Below, one piece after another: positions 45,671 to 56,395 of a stretch of 64,000 nt of DNA (the stretch's first letter is position 1; each line of letters begins with the position of its first letter). Origin of the DNA: Anaerolineae bacterium. Lineage in GTDB: Bacteria > Chloroflexota > Anaerolineae > Anaerolineales > UBA4823. The notes below the pieces were generated by a model, which was not told where the DNA came from, made no database searches, and saw only the letters and a program-made list of their open reading frames with translations. Where the stretch lies: NCBI GenBank assembly GCA_003130835.1, contig QEXX01000081.1, positions 4,467-68,466 on the forward strand, read 5' to 3'. The translations under genes were made by a program, and so were the position numbers.

Positions 45671-47086
45671 ATGTCTTCCCGGCCAGAATTTACCCCTCGC
45701 CAAGCATTCGATGAGCAATTTTACCGACAGACCCTAAGTGCCGGCGTTGCCGCCGTCAAGGGCGGCGATTTTGCCGAAGCGCGCCTTTTGCTACGCAAAG
45801 CCGCCCAGATGAAACCGAGCGACCCTTTGCCTTGGCTCTGGCTCTCCGCCACCACCCAAGAGCCAGCCGAACAAAAGGAGTATCTCGAATATGCGTTGGC
45901 GGCCGATCCAAATAACAGCGCGGCTCGCCGGGGTCTCGTCCTTCTTTCAGGCAGGGTAGCTGGCGAGCGTCTGCTCGCTGAAGGCGAAGCCGTTCAAGCC
46001 CGCCAGCCCCAAGAACCCCTCCAGGCACAAGCCGAACAAGTCTATCGGTGCGAAAACTGTGGCGGTAGAATGCGCTACCAAGTTTCTAAACAGTGGCTGA
46101 TTTGCGAAAACTGTGGCAGCCGCCGATCCCTCCCCTTAACTTCCGCAGCCGATGAAGCCGAGCAAGTGTTGGATTTTGTGTTACCCACCCGGCGCGGTCA
46201 CACCTGGGCAGAAGCGCGGCATCGCCTTACTTGCCACCAATGCGGCGCAGTCACCCTGTTGGATATCGGCGAGCGGGCGGTTACCTGTCCGCATTGCGGC
46301 TCAGCTCAGTTGATCGAGTCGGAAGAAAGCGCAGACCTTCTTCAACCCAACGCCATTGCCCCTCCAAAAATTAGCCCTGAACAAGCCTCCGAACTCGTTA
46401 ACCAGTGGCTCGGTAAAGGTTTGTTCATCCCCGACGACCTAAAAAAATTAGCCCAGCCTTCTGCTCTGCGAGCAGTCTATTATCCTTTTTGGACTTTCGA
46501 TGGCATTCTGAAGATGACCTGGGCCTGCGAAGTCAACCGCGGCTCATCCCAAAACCCGATCTGGCTGGTCGAACGTGGAGAGGAATTTGAAATCTTCGAT
46601 GATGAATGGGTGGCAGGGTTATCCTCGCTCTCTCAGGCAGACCTACAGCGGCTGGCTCCACTCGATTTCAAAGCAATTGTCGCTTATGATCCGGGATTTC
46701 TGGCTGATTGGAGCGTGTTGGCATACGATCATTCTTTGGCCGAAGCTTCTCTTGATGCGCGGGAGCGCGTCGCCAAACGCCTGCGTCAAAGCCTGCATGA
46801 CAAAGTGCTTGCCGGACAGGAAAAGCGCAATTTACAAAGCAGTGCGCCAGAATGGAGCGGGATGACGTACAAATTGGTCTTATTTCCGTTCTACGTGGGT
46901 CACTATGTTTATCGCGGCAGAGCGTATCGGCTCTTCGTCAACGCCCAAAATGGGAAGGTCAGCGGCCGAAAACCCATCGATCGGGTGAAGCAGGGAGCAT
47001 TTTTCTTGCTGGTGGCGATGAGCTTGATCGTCTTTTTGCTAGCGATGTACCTGCTCGGTTTAAGTTTTGGCTGGTTTGCATCCTAG
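45671..47086 (+). CDS. TPR + four-CxxC zinc-ribbon protein with C-terminal TM helix
   Basis: N-terminal TPR-like helices (PWLWLS...ALAADPNN); CENC twice, CHQC, CPHC; YYPFWTFD; VNAQNGKVSG. Confidence 0.75.
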   Translation: MSSRPEFTPRQAFDEQFYRQTLSAGVAAVKGGDFAEARLLLRKAAQMKPSDPLPWLWLSATTQEPAEQKEYLEYALAADPNNSAARRGLVLLSGRVAGERLLAEGEAVQARQPQEPLQAQAEQVYRCENCGGRMRYQVSKQWLICENCGSRRSLPLTSAADEAEQVLDFVLPTRRGHTWAEARHRLTCHQCGAVTLLDIGERAVTCPHCGSAQLIESEESADLLQPNAIAPPKISPEQASELVNQWLGKGLFIPDDLKKLAQPSALRAVYYPFWTFDGILKMTWACEVNRGSSQNPIWLVERGEEFEIFDDEWVAGLSSLSQADLQRLAPLDFKAIVAYDPGFLADWSVLAYDHSLAEASLDARERVAKRLRQSLHDKVLAGQEKRNLQSSAPEWSGMTYKLVLFPFYVGHYVYRGRAYRLFVNAQNGKVSGRKPIDRVKQGAFFLLVAMSLIVFLLAMYLLGLSFGWFAS

Positions 47087-47344
47087 CATCAATTATCGGT
47101 TAAAATAGCAAAGCTTTTTCGGGGCGCAGGGTTGTCACCTAGGCATCCCGGAATCGGCGAACCGGGACATCTGGTTGTCAGTTGACCGAACGATCACCCA
47201 CAACGCGCTCGAACGAAGTGTGCTCTCGAAAGCCCCCTCTTATTTGTTTCTCGGCAAGCGAGGGGAAGCAGCGAACAGACAAACGCCTTTATCCTTCATG
47301 ACAGACCAAAGGATCACCTTTTGACGATAGGATTTTCAGTGAGT

Positions 47345-50300
47345 ATGGAAAAAGACTATTCTTTTCAATCCATTATCATGACTTTACAAGACTTTTGGGC
47401 GCAAGAGGGCTGTTTGATTTGGCAACCCTATTACACCCAGGTCGGCGCAGGCACGATGAATCCCGCCACAGCCTTGCGCGTTTTAGGTCCCGAACCTTGG
47501 AATGTAGCCTACGTCGAACCCTCAATCCGCCCTGACGATGGGCGTTATGGCGAAAATCCCAACCGCCTGCAGATGCACTATCAGTTTCAGGTGATTCTCA
47601 AGCCCGATCCCGGCAATCCCCAAGAAATTTATTTGCGTTCGCTCGAAGCTCTGGGCATCGATCCGCGCCAACATGACATCCGCTTTGTTGAGGATAACTG
47701 GGAATCACCAGCCCTGGGAGCTTGGGGACTGGGCTGGGAAGTCTGGCTGGATGGTCAAGAAATCACCCAATTCACCTACTTCCAGCAGGCCGGTGGTCAA
47801 GTTTTAGAGCCGGTCTCGGTTGAAATCACTTATGGATTAGAGCGCATTGCCATTGCCTTGCAACGGGTGAGCAGTTTTCGCGAAATCCAATGGAACCAAG
47901 CCTTCACGGATGGGGATGTCAACCTGCAAGCCGAGCAGGAACACAGCAAGTATTACTTTGAAATCGCCGATGTGGAACGGCTGCGCCAAATGTATGACCT
48001 ATTCGAAGCCGAAGCGCGCGCTTGTTTGGAACAAGGCTTGGTCTTGCCGGCCCACGATTACGTCTTGAAATGTTCGCACACTTTTAATGTGCTGGATACG
48101 CGCGGCGCTATCGGCGTCACCGAACGGCAAGCCTTTTTCGGGCGCATGCGCGATCTCTCCCGCCGCGTTGCCGAGGCTTACCTTGCCCAGCGGCAAGCCT
48201 TAGGCTTTCCCTGGCTGCAACGCCAAGTCCGCTTGGCATCGGCTGTCGATCTGCCAACACTTTCTCCAGCGAAAAGCAGCAGCCCGGAAAGGGTCAGCGC
48301 TCAACCTTCCGTAGAGAAGGATACTTTGCCCTTCCTGCTTGAAATCGGCACGGAAGAGTTGCCCGCTCAAGACTTGGCAGACGCCCTAGAACAATTGCGC
48401 ACCAGTCTGCCCGCTTGGCTTGACGACCTGCGCTTAGCCTACCGCTCGTTGCAAGTGATGGGCACGCCGCGCCGCTTGGTCATCTATATTCCAGAACTTG
48501 CTACCCGGCAAAGCGATCATGAGAGCTTGGTCAAGGGGCCGCCGGCAGCACGCGCTTTCAACCCAGATGGTAGCCCCACTGCGGCTGCCGAAGGATTTGC
48601 TCGCAGCAAGGGGCTAAGCGTCAAAGATTTACAAGTGCGGGAAATCGACGGCGGGCAATATGTTGTGGCAATCCTACGCCAAGCAGGGCAACCTGCAACC
48701 GCCGTGCTTGCCCAAGCCTTACCGGAATGGATTGCTTCCTTGCGGTTCGAGAAATCGATGCGTTGGAACCAGAGCAACATCGCCTTTTCGCGCCCGATTC
48801 GCTGGCTGATGGCATTGTTCGGGAGCACCCCCATTTCCTTCGAGTACGGCGGTCTCACAGCTCAGCCGCGCACGCGCGGCTTGCGCTTCCTTCAACCCAG
48901 CGAAAAGGAGCTTATTTCGGTCGAAGCATATTTCCAATTTCTCCAAGATCAGGGCATTGTCCTTGAGCCGCAACAACGCCGGGCACAAATCGCCGCTCGA
49001 GTACAAGCGCTGGCGCAAGAGGTCGGCGGAATGTGCGAGATGGATGCAGACTTACTGGACGAAGTGACCCATTTGGTCGAAGCTCCGGCCGTCTTGCGGG
49101 GCAGTTTCGAAGCTGCCCACCTTGAATTGCCTCGCGAAGTGCTGATTTCGGTGATGAAAAAGCATCAGCGTTATTTTCCCGTCCAAAAAGAGGATGGAAC
49201 GCTCTTGCCATATTTCATCACCGTCGCCAATAAGCCGGTCACCAACGGCAGTTGCGAAGGCGCTGAAGTCATCCTTGAAGGGAACGAGCATGTGATCCGC
49301 GCTCGCTTTGCCGATGCAGCCTATTTTGTGCGCGAAGACCTCAAGCAGCCTTTGGAGAGCTTCTTGCCGCGCTTGAACACGCTTACCTTCCAATATAAAC
49401 TCGGCTCGATGTTGGATAAGGTGCGACGCATCGAACAATTGGTCGATACCATCGGAGCAATGTGCGGCTTGGAGAAGGGGGAAATGGCCGTTGCCAAGCG
49501 CGCCGCCCATCTGTGTAAAGCCGACTTAGCCACCCAAATGGTCGTCGAAATGACCTCTCTGCAAGGCGTGATGGGACGTTACTATGCTTTGCAAAACGGG
49601 GAAAGCCCAGCGGTTGCCGAAGCAATTTTTGAACATTATTTGCCGCGCTTTGCCGGGGATGGTTTTCCCAAAACCAAAGCCGGTTTGGTGGTCGGCTTAG
49701 CCGACCGTTTGGATACGCTGGCCGGCTTGTTTGCCGCCGGATTAGCCCCTTCGGGCAACAAAGATCCCTTTGCTCAGCGGCGGGCTGCTTTAGGGTTGGT
49801 GCAAAACCTCTTAGCTTGGAAATTGGATTTCTCGCTGCAAAAAGCCTTACAAGCCGCCGCCCAACTGTTGCCGCTTGAAGCAACCAGCGAAAGCTTGGCG
49901 ACCTGTCAGGCATTCCTCATCGAACGCCTGCGCAACTACTTGCTCGAACAGGGCTATCGCTATGATGTCGTTGAAGCCGTGCTGGCAGTCCAAGGGGAGA
50001 ATCCCTTCGCTGCCGAACAAGCCATCCAAGCCTTAAGCCAGTGGGTAGGGCGCGAAGACTGGCACACCATCCTGCCGGCTTATGCCCGCTGTGTGCGCAT
50101 TACCCGCGAATTCACCCAACGCTTCCCCCTCGATGAAGCCCTTTTGCAAGAAACCGCTGAACGTGCTCTGTATGACGCTTTCGTTCAAGCGCAAGCTGTG
50201 CCACGGCGGCCTGGCTCGGTGGATGACTTCTTGAACGCCTTTTTACCCTTAATTCCAGCGATCAATCGCTTTTTCGACCAGGTACTGGTGATGTGCGAAG

Positions 50301-50395
50301 ATCAAAATCTGCGCCAGAATCGACTTGGGTTGCTGCAACGCATTGTTGCTCTAGCCGATGGGGTGGCTGATTTCTCGCGCCTAGAAGGATTTTAG
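47345..50395 (+). CDS. glyQS: glycine--tRNA ligase, fused alpha and beta subunits
   Basis: alpha: [26 protein letters not shown]; beta: [29 protein letters not shown]; one ORF with an S/P-rich linker. Confidence 0.96.
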   Translation: MEKDYSFQSIIMTLQDFWAQEGCLIWQPYYTQVGAGTMNPATALRVLGPEPWNVAYVEPSIRPDDGRYGENPNRLQMHYQFQVILKPDPGNPQEIYLRSLEALGIDPRQHDIRFVEDNWESPALGAWGLGWEVWLDGQEITQFTYFQQAGGQVLEPVSVEITYGLERIAIALQRVSSFREIQWNQAFTDGDVNLQAEQEHSKYYFEIADVERLRQMYDLFEAEARACLEQGLVLPAHDYVLKCSHTFNVLDTRGAIGVTERQAFFGRMRDLSRRVAEAYLAQRQALGFPWLQRQVRLASAVDLPTLSPAKSSSPERVSAQPSVEKDTLPFLLEIGTEELPAQDLADALEQLRTSLPAWLDDLRLAYRSLQVMGTPRRLVIYIPELATRQSDHESLVKGPPAARAFNPDGSPTAAAEGFARSKGLSVKDLQVREIDGGQYVVAILRQAGQPATAVLAQALPEWIASLRFEKSMRWNQSNIAFSRPIRWLMALFGSTPISFEYGGLTAQPRTRGLRFLQPSEKELISVEAYFQFLQDQGIVLEPQQRRAQIAARVQALAQEVGGMCEMDADLLDEVTHLVEAPAVLRGSFEAAHLELPREVLISVMKKHQRYFPVQKEDGTLLPYFITVANKPVTNGSCEGAEVILEGNEHVIRARFADAAYFVREDLKQPLESFLPRLNTLTFQYKLGSMLDKVRRIEQLVDTIGAMCGLEKGEMAVAKRAAHLCKADLATQMVVEMTSLQGVMGRYYALQNGESPAVAEAIFEHYLPRFAGDGFPKTKAGLVVGLADRLDTLAGLFAAGLAPSGNKDPFAQRRAALGLVQNLLAWKLDFSLQKALQAAAQLLPLEATSESLATCQAFLIERLRNYLLEQGYRYDVVEAVLAVQGENPFAAEQAIQALSQWVGREDWHTILPAYARCVRITREFTQRFPLDEALLQETAERALYDAFVQAQAVPRRPGSVDDFLNAFLPLIPAINRFFDQVLVMCEDQNLRQNRLGLLQRIVALADGVADFSRLEGF

Positions 50396-50434
50396 AGCAA
50401 ACCCTGTGGCACTTCATCCCAAGCAAACCCTCAA

Positions 50435-50470
50435 CTCCCCTGGATTTGCAGGGGGGTGTTTTTCTTTGCC
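50435..50470 (+). terminator. rho-independent terminator after glyQS
   Basis: CTCCCCTG/CAGGGGGG stem followed by TGTTTTTCTTT. Confidence 0.6.
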
Positions 50471-50555
50471 CCTAACTATCTATCGATGCTCCCTCCCCCT
50501 CCTAAATTGTAGTATAATAACGCTTTAGTTTTCATCCTTCCCCAAGGGATAGAAG

Positions 50556-51707
50556 ATGCCCGAGACAACCCAACGAATGGTTTATGAGGACACCAACAGC
50601 CTCCTTCAACCCCCAGCAGAGTTAACCGAACCACTGCAATGCGAGTTAGAGGAAGTGCGCCAGCTCTTTGCTGCCCAGCCCTTGTTGGTGCAACGCTTCA
50701 TCGAAGCTCAAGCCGCAAATCTGGCTGATGCCATCATAAACAATGCCACTGAAGTTCGTTTCACGCTCCCCGATCGGCTTGTGGTGCCCTCTAAAGGAGA
50801 TGGCATGCAAACGCTGTCCATCCCGGTCGAACAGCGCCAGGTTCAAGTGGGAGGTTGGGCGAAACGTCTGCGCCGCACGGAATTGCGCGTTTTGGCAAAG
50901 CAACGTCTGCTCGAATTAGAGCAAAGCGAGAACCAAGCGGTGCGCGAAGCGGCGCGTCTCCTGCGTCACGCCACTGCGGTGCATATCGTTTATAACCTGC
51001 TCCCTGCGGGTCGTTCGGTGCATTACCTTGCCGAAGAAGGCGAAAGCATCCCAAGCATCCCAGCCGAAGAAGAACAAATCGAATCAGCCCTAACCGCTAC
51101 CACCGACGCCATTGCTGAAGAAAAGGTTGAGGACAAAGGGCGCGGAGAATTGCTCGTCCCTTACGTTCCTTATGCCCGCCGCTTTTTCTTGCCTCAATGG
51201 GTCGCCTTCGACGAAAATAGCAACCTGTTGCTCTCCAACGTCCAGGAAGCCGAATCGCACATCGAATCCATGCAGCGTTATTTGCGCTTGCTGCACTATG
51301 CCGTTGCCTTTTCACCCTGTTTGATTGCAGATGAGGTTTACCAACAAAAACGGTATGGCATGTTGGGACAATTGGTCAATCAAGGTCGTGCCCTTGCTAT
51401 CTATCAAACGCGCCAAATTATTGAGACCATCAAAAAGCGAGCTCAAGCTCAAAACCTCAACCGCGGCCTGACTATCCGTTTACCTTATTTTGACGATCAA
51501 GACCTAACGATGAAGATCTACCCGTTTGTCGTTATTCCGGCAGGACGGATTATGTTCGTGCCAGCCTTCGTGGTGCGTGCTGTGCGGGAAGAAGAAGTCA
51601 AAGTGGCTCAAGACACGCGCCTTAATCCGACCACGCGCAAGCACATCCTCAAGCAGCTCAAGATGCTTGAACAAGCGTTCCTAAACTTCTCCCTGCATAG
51701 AACCTAA
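50556..51707 (+). CDS. hypothetical soluble protein, first gene of the K+ transport cluster
   Basis: 383-aa ORF with ordinary composition, 31 bp upstream of the KimA-like gene; no family recognised. Confidence 0.75.
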   Translation: MPETTQRMVYEDTNSLLQPPAELTEPLQCELEEVRQLFAAQPLLVQRFIEAQAANLADAIINNATEVRFTLPDRLVVPSKGDGMQTLSIPVEQRQVQVGGWAKRLRRTELRVLAKQRLLELEQSENQAVREAARLLRHATAVHIVYNLLPAGRSVHYLAEEGESIPSIPAEEEQIESALTATTDAIAEEKVEDKGRGELLVPYVPYARRFFLPQWVAFDENSNLLLSNVQEAESHIESMQRYLRLLHYAVAFSPCLIADEVYQQKRYGMLGQLVNQGRALAIYQTRQIIETIKKRAQAQNLNRGLTIRLPYFDDQDLTMKIYPFVVIPAGRIMFVPAFVVRAVREEEVKVAQDTRLNPTTRKHILKQLKMLEQAFLNFSLHRT

Positions 51708-51738
51708 ACGAACTTAGAATCTACCTCTAGAGGTTGAT

Positions 51739-53556
51739 ATGTTATTTGCCATCGGCTTAATCATCGTCTTTTTCTTTGTTTCTTATCGACTTGCCCCGCG
51801 CGAACGCCAAGAAGATGCCCTCGTGCACGGTGCCGGCCAAGTGGGGATGCTGGCTGCCTTAGCGCTCTTCGGGGTCGATTACTTTACTTCTTACTACTAT
51901 GCCACCGGCGAGATGATGAGCGCTCTGCATCCCTATGGCCTTGAGAGATATGCTTTTATTTGCGTTGCGGTGATCGCTTTGGCAAACTTTGTCTTCGGGG
52001 CATTGTATATGTATTCTTTAGGGGTATTTAACGAGGGAGGCGGCTCATTTACCGCCGCTATGCGCTACTTAGGGCCTTCGCTTAGTTTGATTGTGGCGGT
52101 TGTTTTAATCCAGGATTATGTCTTGACCATTGTGGTATCCACCCTCTCGGGAAGTGATCAACTGCTTTCGATCATCGGCGCATACAACATCAATTGGTTT
52201 TGGCATTTCTTGATCGGCGCCGCCTTGGCATCCACAACCTGGTATTTGACCATTCGGGGGCGAGGCGAGTCGGCGCAGGTTGTTTTCACTTTGTTAGGGC
52301 TGTTTGCCGGCTTGACGTTAACCATGTTGATCGGCTTAATCCTCGCCCATTCACGAGGTGTCCCACCAGCGCCAACCGAACCGCCTCTACCAGCCACCTT
52401 AGGTCAAGCGCTGTATCACATGTTGACCGCCAGCATGAAAGGCATGGTCGCTCTAACCGGCCTGGAAGCCATGTCTAACGGCATTCAATTCGTCATCGAT
52501 GAAGACTATCCTCTAATCCGATGGGGCAAGCGCCGACTACCGCGCTTGAATTGGCTGTGGAATTTTTACAGCGGCAAATCGGGAATTGGGAGAACCGTTC
52601 AGACAGCTTTTCTGTTCTACGGTGGTCTCACCACGTTATTCCTGACCATTTTCTCGTTGCGCTTTAATGTTTTTGACGGAACCTTTGGACGGACGTTGGT
52701 AGGCAATCTAGCTTTTATTGGCTTTGAGCAGCTCCCCGGAGGGATCATTCTATACTGGTTCTATCAGTTCCTTGCCGTGGCGCTGCTTTCGGCTGCCTCG
52801 ATGACCGCCTACCAAGACATGCAAGCCATCACGTGGCGCAATGTCGCCATCGGCGAGATCCCCGAAATTGTGGTCTATCGCAATCCGAAAGGCACCTTTA
52901 CCCGCCCGGTAACGGCTGCTTTTATCGCTGCAATCATTATCCAATTGCTCGTGCGCGGTGATACTAGCCATGCCGTCCCCTATTATGGGGTGGGGGTTTT
53001 CCTGCCAATCACCGCCATGGGACTTGCCATGCGGCAACACATCCTAACCCACGAAAGTGGCCGCCGGCGGACTTGGGGATTAGTTGGCGTGAACTTCTCG
53101 ATCGCCCTTTCTAGTTTTGTCTTTGTGGGACAGATCGTCGGCAAGTGGCAAGAAGGGGGATGGTTGGTCTTAATTGCCTTAATCGTTATTATCCTGATGG
53201 CGCATGCCATTCTCATCTCTCCCATTGGCTATCGCGACCCCGATCAGATCTACCGCATTATACGGGTGAAGTCCCGCATCGAAGGGCCGATGGGTGCCAT
53301 TGTCGAGTGGCAGTCGCTTAAGGTACAAGAATACCGCTTCAAGTTGTTGGTCGCGATTACCAAGTTTTGGGAATTGTTCGGCGTACGCCGGCCGGTGCGC
53401 TTCGAACCGCCAGTGATCGCCGGCGAATTCGAAGAAGCCGTGCAAGCCGGTCATAGCAACCATTCCTACCTTGAACCCTATTTAAACCAAACTCAACCCT
53501 CACCCCAGCCAACCGCACCGCCCAAGGAAGAGCCTTCCGCTAATCCACCCTCATGA
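51739..53556 (+). CDS. KimA/YdaO-like (KUP/APC fold) potassium transporter
   Basis: DYFTSYYYATGE, DYVLTIVVS and ALTGLEAMSN align by eye with KimA DALSSVAYGTE, DYILTVAVS and ALTGVEAISN. Confidence 0.75.
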   Translation: MLFAIGLIIVFFFVSYRLAPRERQEDALVHGAGQVGMLAALALFGVDYFTSYYYATGEMMSALHPYGLERYAFICVAVIALANFVFGALYMYSLGVFNEGGGSFTAAMRYLGPSLSLIVAVVLIQDYVLTIVVSTLSGSDQLLSIIGAYNINWFWHFLIGAALASTTWYLTIRGRGESAQVVFTLLGLFAGLTLTMLIGLILAHSRGVPPAPTEPPLPATLGQALYHMLTASMKGMVALTGLEAMSNGIQFVIDEDYPLIRWGKRRLPRLNWLWNFYSGKSGIGRTVQTAFLFYGGLTTLFLTIFSLRFNVFDGTFGRTLVGNLAFIGFEQLPGGIILYWFYQFLAVALLSAASMTAYQDMQAITWRNVAIGEIPEIVVYRNPKGTFTRPVTAAFIAAIIIQLLVRGDTSHAVPYYGVGVFLPITAMGLAMRQHILTHESGRRRTWGLVGVNFSIALSSFVFVGQIVGKWQEGGWLVLIALIVIILMAHAILISPIGYRDPDQIYRIIRVKSRIEGPMGAIVEWQSLKVQEYRFKLLVAITKFWELFGVRRPVRFEPPVIAGEFEEAVQAGHSNHSYLEPYLNQTQPSPQPTAPPKEEPSANPPS

Positions 53557-56393
53557 TCTCGCAACCAATCTATCGCCTGCGTGCCAATGAAGTCTATGGC
53601 GCTCTGGAAACCTCTCCGCAAGGGCTAAATGCGGAACAGGTGAGAGAGCGCCTTTCCCTTTATGGAAAAAACGTCATTCAAGAACCAACGCCACCGCCGT
53701 GGTGGAGCAGAGTCTTGATTCATACCATTCACCCGATGGCGATCCTCTTATGGGTGGCCGGTATTTTAGCCTTGATCGTCGGTGAAGTCAGCTTGGCTTT
53801 TGTCATTTGGTCGGTCGTAGTGATCAACGCCGCTTTTTCTCATTGGCGAGAATATCGCGCCAGCTTGGCAATTGCCAGCTTGAAAGACCTGCTACCCTCC
53901 TTTAGCCGCGTGCTCAGAGATGGACAAGAAGTCTTAATCCCAACGCCTGAAGTCGTGCCAGGCGATATCCTCGTCTTAGCTGAGGGAGATAACATTGCGG
54001 CCGATGCGCGCGTGGTGCAGGAATATGGTCTGCGCGTCAACCAAGCCATCTTAACGGGCGAAGCCATGCCAGCCCGCAAAACAGCCGATGCCTCGCTGCG
54101 CGAGGAAATCAGCGAGCTGGAAAGGCCAAATTTGATCTTTGCCGGCACTTCGGTATTCAGCGGCACAGCCAAAGCGGTGGTGTACGCCACCGGCATGTTA
54201 ACCCAGTTTGGTCGCATTGCCCATCTCTCTGGCAAAGTTGAAGAAGAGCCTTCGGCACTGCAACGGGAAATTATCCACCTCACTCGGCGCTTATCGGTGA
54301 TCGGATTGGCAATCGGCACAATCGTCTTCGTGGTTGGCGCTTTTGATCCGGAAGTGCAATTATTTGAACCGGAAAACCGCTTGATTCAGGCTTTCCTCTT
54401 TGCGCTGGGCATTCTGGTCGGAGTCGTTCCCGAAGGCTTACCTGCAACGCTCTCCCTGTCTTTGGCAATGGCTGCGCAACGTTTAGCGCAACGCGGCGTG
54501 TTGGTCAAGAAATTGGCAACGGTTGAGACGCTAGGCAACATCTCGGTGATCTGCACCGACAAGAGTGGAACGCTGACCCAAAATCAGATGACCGTACGGG
54601 AAATTTGGGTCGGCGGCTCAAAGCTGAGTGTAAGCGGTCTTGGCTATGAACCGCAGGGCGAATTTACCCCTGCTCCCCAGTCGCCGCAAGTTCAATCCAG
54701 CCTCAACCTGTTGCTCACGGCAGCCACCTTATGTAATAATGCGCGCTTGATCCCTCCGAACCCTGAGCATCCCTATTGGTCGGCCTTGGGCGACTCGACC
54801 GAAGCTGCTTTGCACGTGGTCGCTCGCAAAGGTGGCCTTTCTGAAGAGACCCTCCAAAGAAGATACCCCCGTTTACACGAGATTCCTTTTGAAGCGCGCC
54901 GCAAACGGATGACAACCATCCACCGCTGGGACGAAGCTGAGATCGCCTTCGTGAAAGGCGCGCCGCGCGAGGTCTTGCAACTCTGCCAAACTTGGCAATG
55001 CGGGGACGAGGTTTTGCCGTTGGAAAATGCTCGGCGCGAAGAAATTCTGGCTGCCAATGATGACTATGCCCGCAACGCCCTGCGCGTCTTAGCCTTTGCC
55101 TATCGCCGCCTGCCACCGCGCAGTAGTTATGCCGAGCAAAATATAGAGCGAGATCTCACCTTTTTAGGCTTGATGGCCATGCACGATCCACCCCGGCCCG
55201 AGGTCACCCACGCAGTTCAAATTTGCCAACAAGCCGGCATCCGCATCATTATGGTCACCGGCGATTATGGTTTGACCGCCGAAAGCATCGCTAGGCGCAT
55301 TGGAATGCTGACAACCCCTAATCCCCAAATTGTAACGGGGGTTGAACTAGAAGAGATGAATGAAGTGCAATTGCAGAATCTCCTAGAGAGAGAGGTCATC
55401 TTTGCCCGCATGGCGCCCGAACACAAATTGCGGTTGGTGGCGGCCCTGCAAAACAAAGGAGAGGTGGTGGCAGTCACCGGGGATGGCGTCAACGATACCC
55501 CAGCTCTGCGTAAGGCAGATGTCGGTGTTGCGATGGGCATCGTCGGCACCGATGTCGCCCGCGAAGCCGCAGATGTCATCTTGACCCAAGATAATTTCAG
55601 TACGATTGTCAATGCCATCGAAGAAGGACGAGCCATTTACGACAACATCCGCAAATTCATGACCTATATCTTCACCAGCAATGTCCCAGAGTTGGTGCCC
55701 TTTATTGTCTCTGCCCTTGCCCAAATCCCTCTGGCGCTAACCGTACGCCAAATACTGGCAATCGACATGGGTACCGACATCTTGCCAGCCCTGGCTTTAG
55801 GAGCAGAGAAACCCGAACCGGATATCATGAGTCGTCCTCCTCGAAAGCGAGGTCAACCCATCATCGACCGACGCCTGCTGATGCGTTCTTTTGCTTGGTT
55901 AGGGATGATCGAAGCCGCATTGTGTTATTTGGGTTTCTTCTACATATACGCCCGAGCCTATAATCTGCCTTTAGAGCAATTTTTATCTGCCCCGGAGAAC
56001 ATTCCTGCCCTGCTCCATGCGCTCCCGCAGCACGTCCATGTTCTGGCTGTTACTATGTTTCACGCCGGGGTGGTGATGGCGCAGGTAGGCAATGTCTTAG
56101 CTTGTCGGTCTGAGCGACTTCGCGTTAGCGAGGTCGGTTGGTTCTCCAATCCCCTAATCTGGTTGGGGATTGGAGCCGAAATTGCGTTAATATTAATCCT
56201 GATCTACGTTCCACCCTTAGCGGATGTCTTTGACCATCAGCCTTTGCCATTGGAATATTGGTTCCCCTTGGCGCTATTTGCACCGTTGCTATATGGTTTA
56301 GATCGCATGCGCAAACAGCTCCTTCACTTTTTCCGTTGGCTTAGGACGAGTCGGGATAACCCGGCAGATACTCTGTCCATATCAGGAGGATAA
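53553..56393 (+). CDS. cation-transporting P-type ATPase, type II with Na/K-ATPase-like (IIC) membrane motifs
   Basis: TGE, VPEGL, DKSGTLT, KGAP, TGDGVND; M5 YIFTSNVPE; M6 ILAIDMGTD. Confidence 0.92.
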   Translation: MISQPIYRLRANEVYGALETSPQGLNAEQVRERLSLYGKNVIQEPTPPPWWSRVLIHTIHPMAILLWVAGILALIVGEVSLAFVIWSVVVINAAFSHWREYRASLAIASLKDLLPSFSRVLRDGQEVLIPTPEVVPGDILVLAEGDNIAADARVVQEYGLRVNQAILTGEAMPARKTADASLREEISELERPNLIFAGTSVFSGTAKAVVYATGMLTQFGRIAHLSGKVEEEPSALQREIIHLTRRLSVIGLAIGTIVFVVGAFDPEVQLFEPENRLIQAFLFALGILVGVVPEGLPATLSLSLAMAAQRLAQRGVLVKKLATVETLGNISVICTDKSGTLTQNQMTVREIWVGGSKLSVSGLGYEPQGEFTPAPQSPQVQSSLNLLLTAATLCNNARLIPPNPEHPYWSALGDSTEAALHVVARKGGLSEETLQRRYPRLHEIPFEARRKRMTTIHRWDEAEIAFVKGAPREVLQLCQTWQCGDEVLPLENARREEILAANDDYARNALRVLAFAYRRLPPRSSYAEQNIERDLTFLGLMAMHDPPRPEVTHAVQICQQAGIRIIMVTGDYGLTAESIARRIGMLTTPNPQIVTGVELEEMNEVQLQNLLEREVIFARMAPEHKLRLVAALQNKGEVVAVTGDGVNDTPALRKADVGVAMGIVGTDVAREAADVILTQDNFSTIVNAIEEGRAIYDNIRKFMTYIFTSNVPELVPFIVSALAQIPLALTVRQILAIDMGTDILPALALGAEKPEPDIMSRPPRKRGQPIIDRRLLMRSFAWLGMIEAALCYLGFFYIYARAYNLPLEQFLSAPENIPALLHALPQHVHVLAVTMFHAGVVMAQVGNVLACRSERLRVSEVGWFSNPLIWLGIGAEIALILILIYVPPLADVFDHQPLPLEYWFPLALFAPLLYGLDRMRKQLLHFFRWLRTSRDNPADTLSISGG

Positions 56394-56395
56394 AG

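Noticed and set aside
47250-47275. GCAAGCGAGGGGAAGCAGCG as a T-box antiterminator or SRP RNA motif
   Set aside because: Lacks the UGGNACC bulge of T-boxes and the CAGG-GNRA-AGCAG loop geometry of SRP RNA
50400-50556. c-di-AMP (ydaO) riboswitch ahead of the KimA-like operon
   Set aside because: The intergenic region is short, partly occupied by a terminator, and lacks the GGGGUGAAUC and GCUAAC-type motifs
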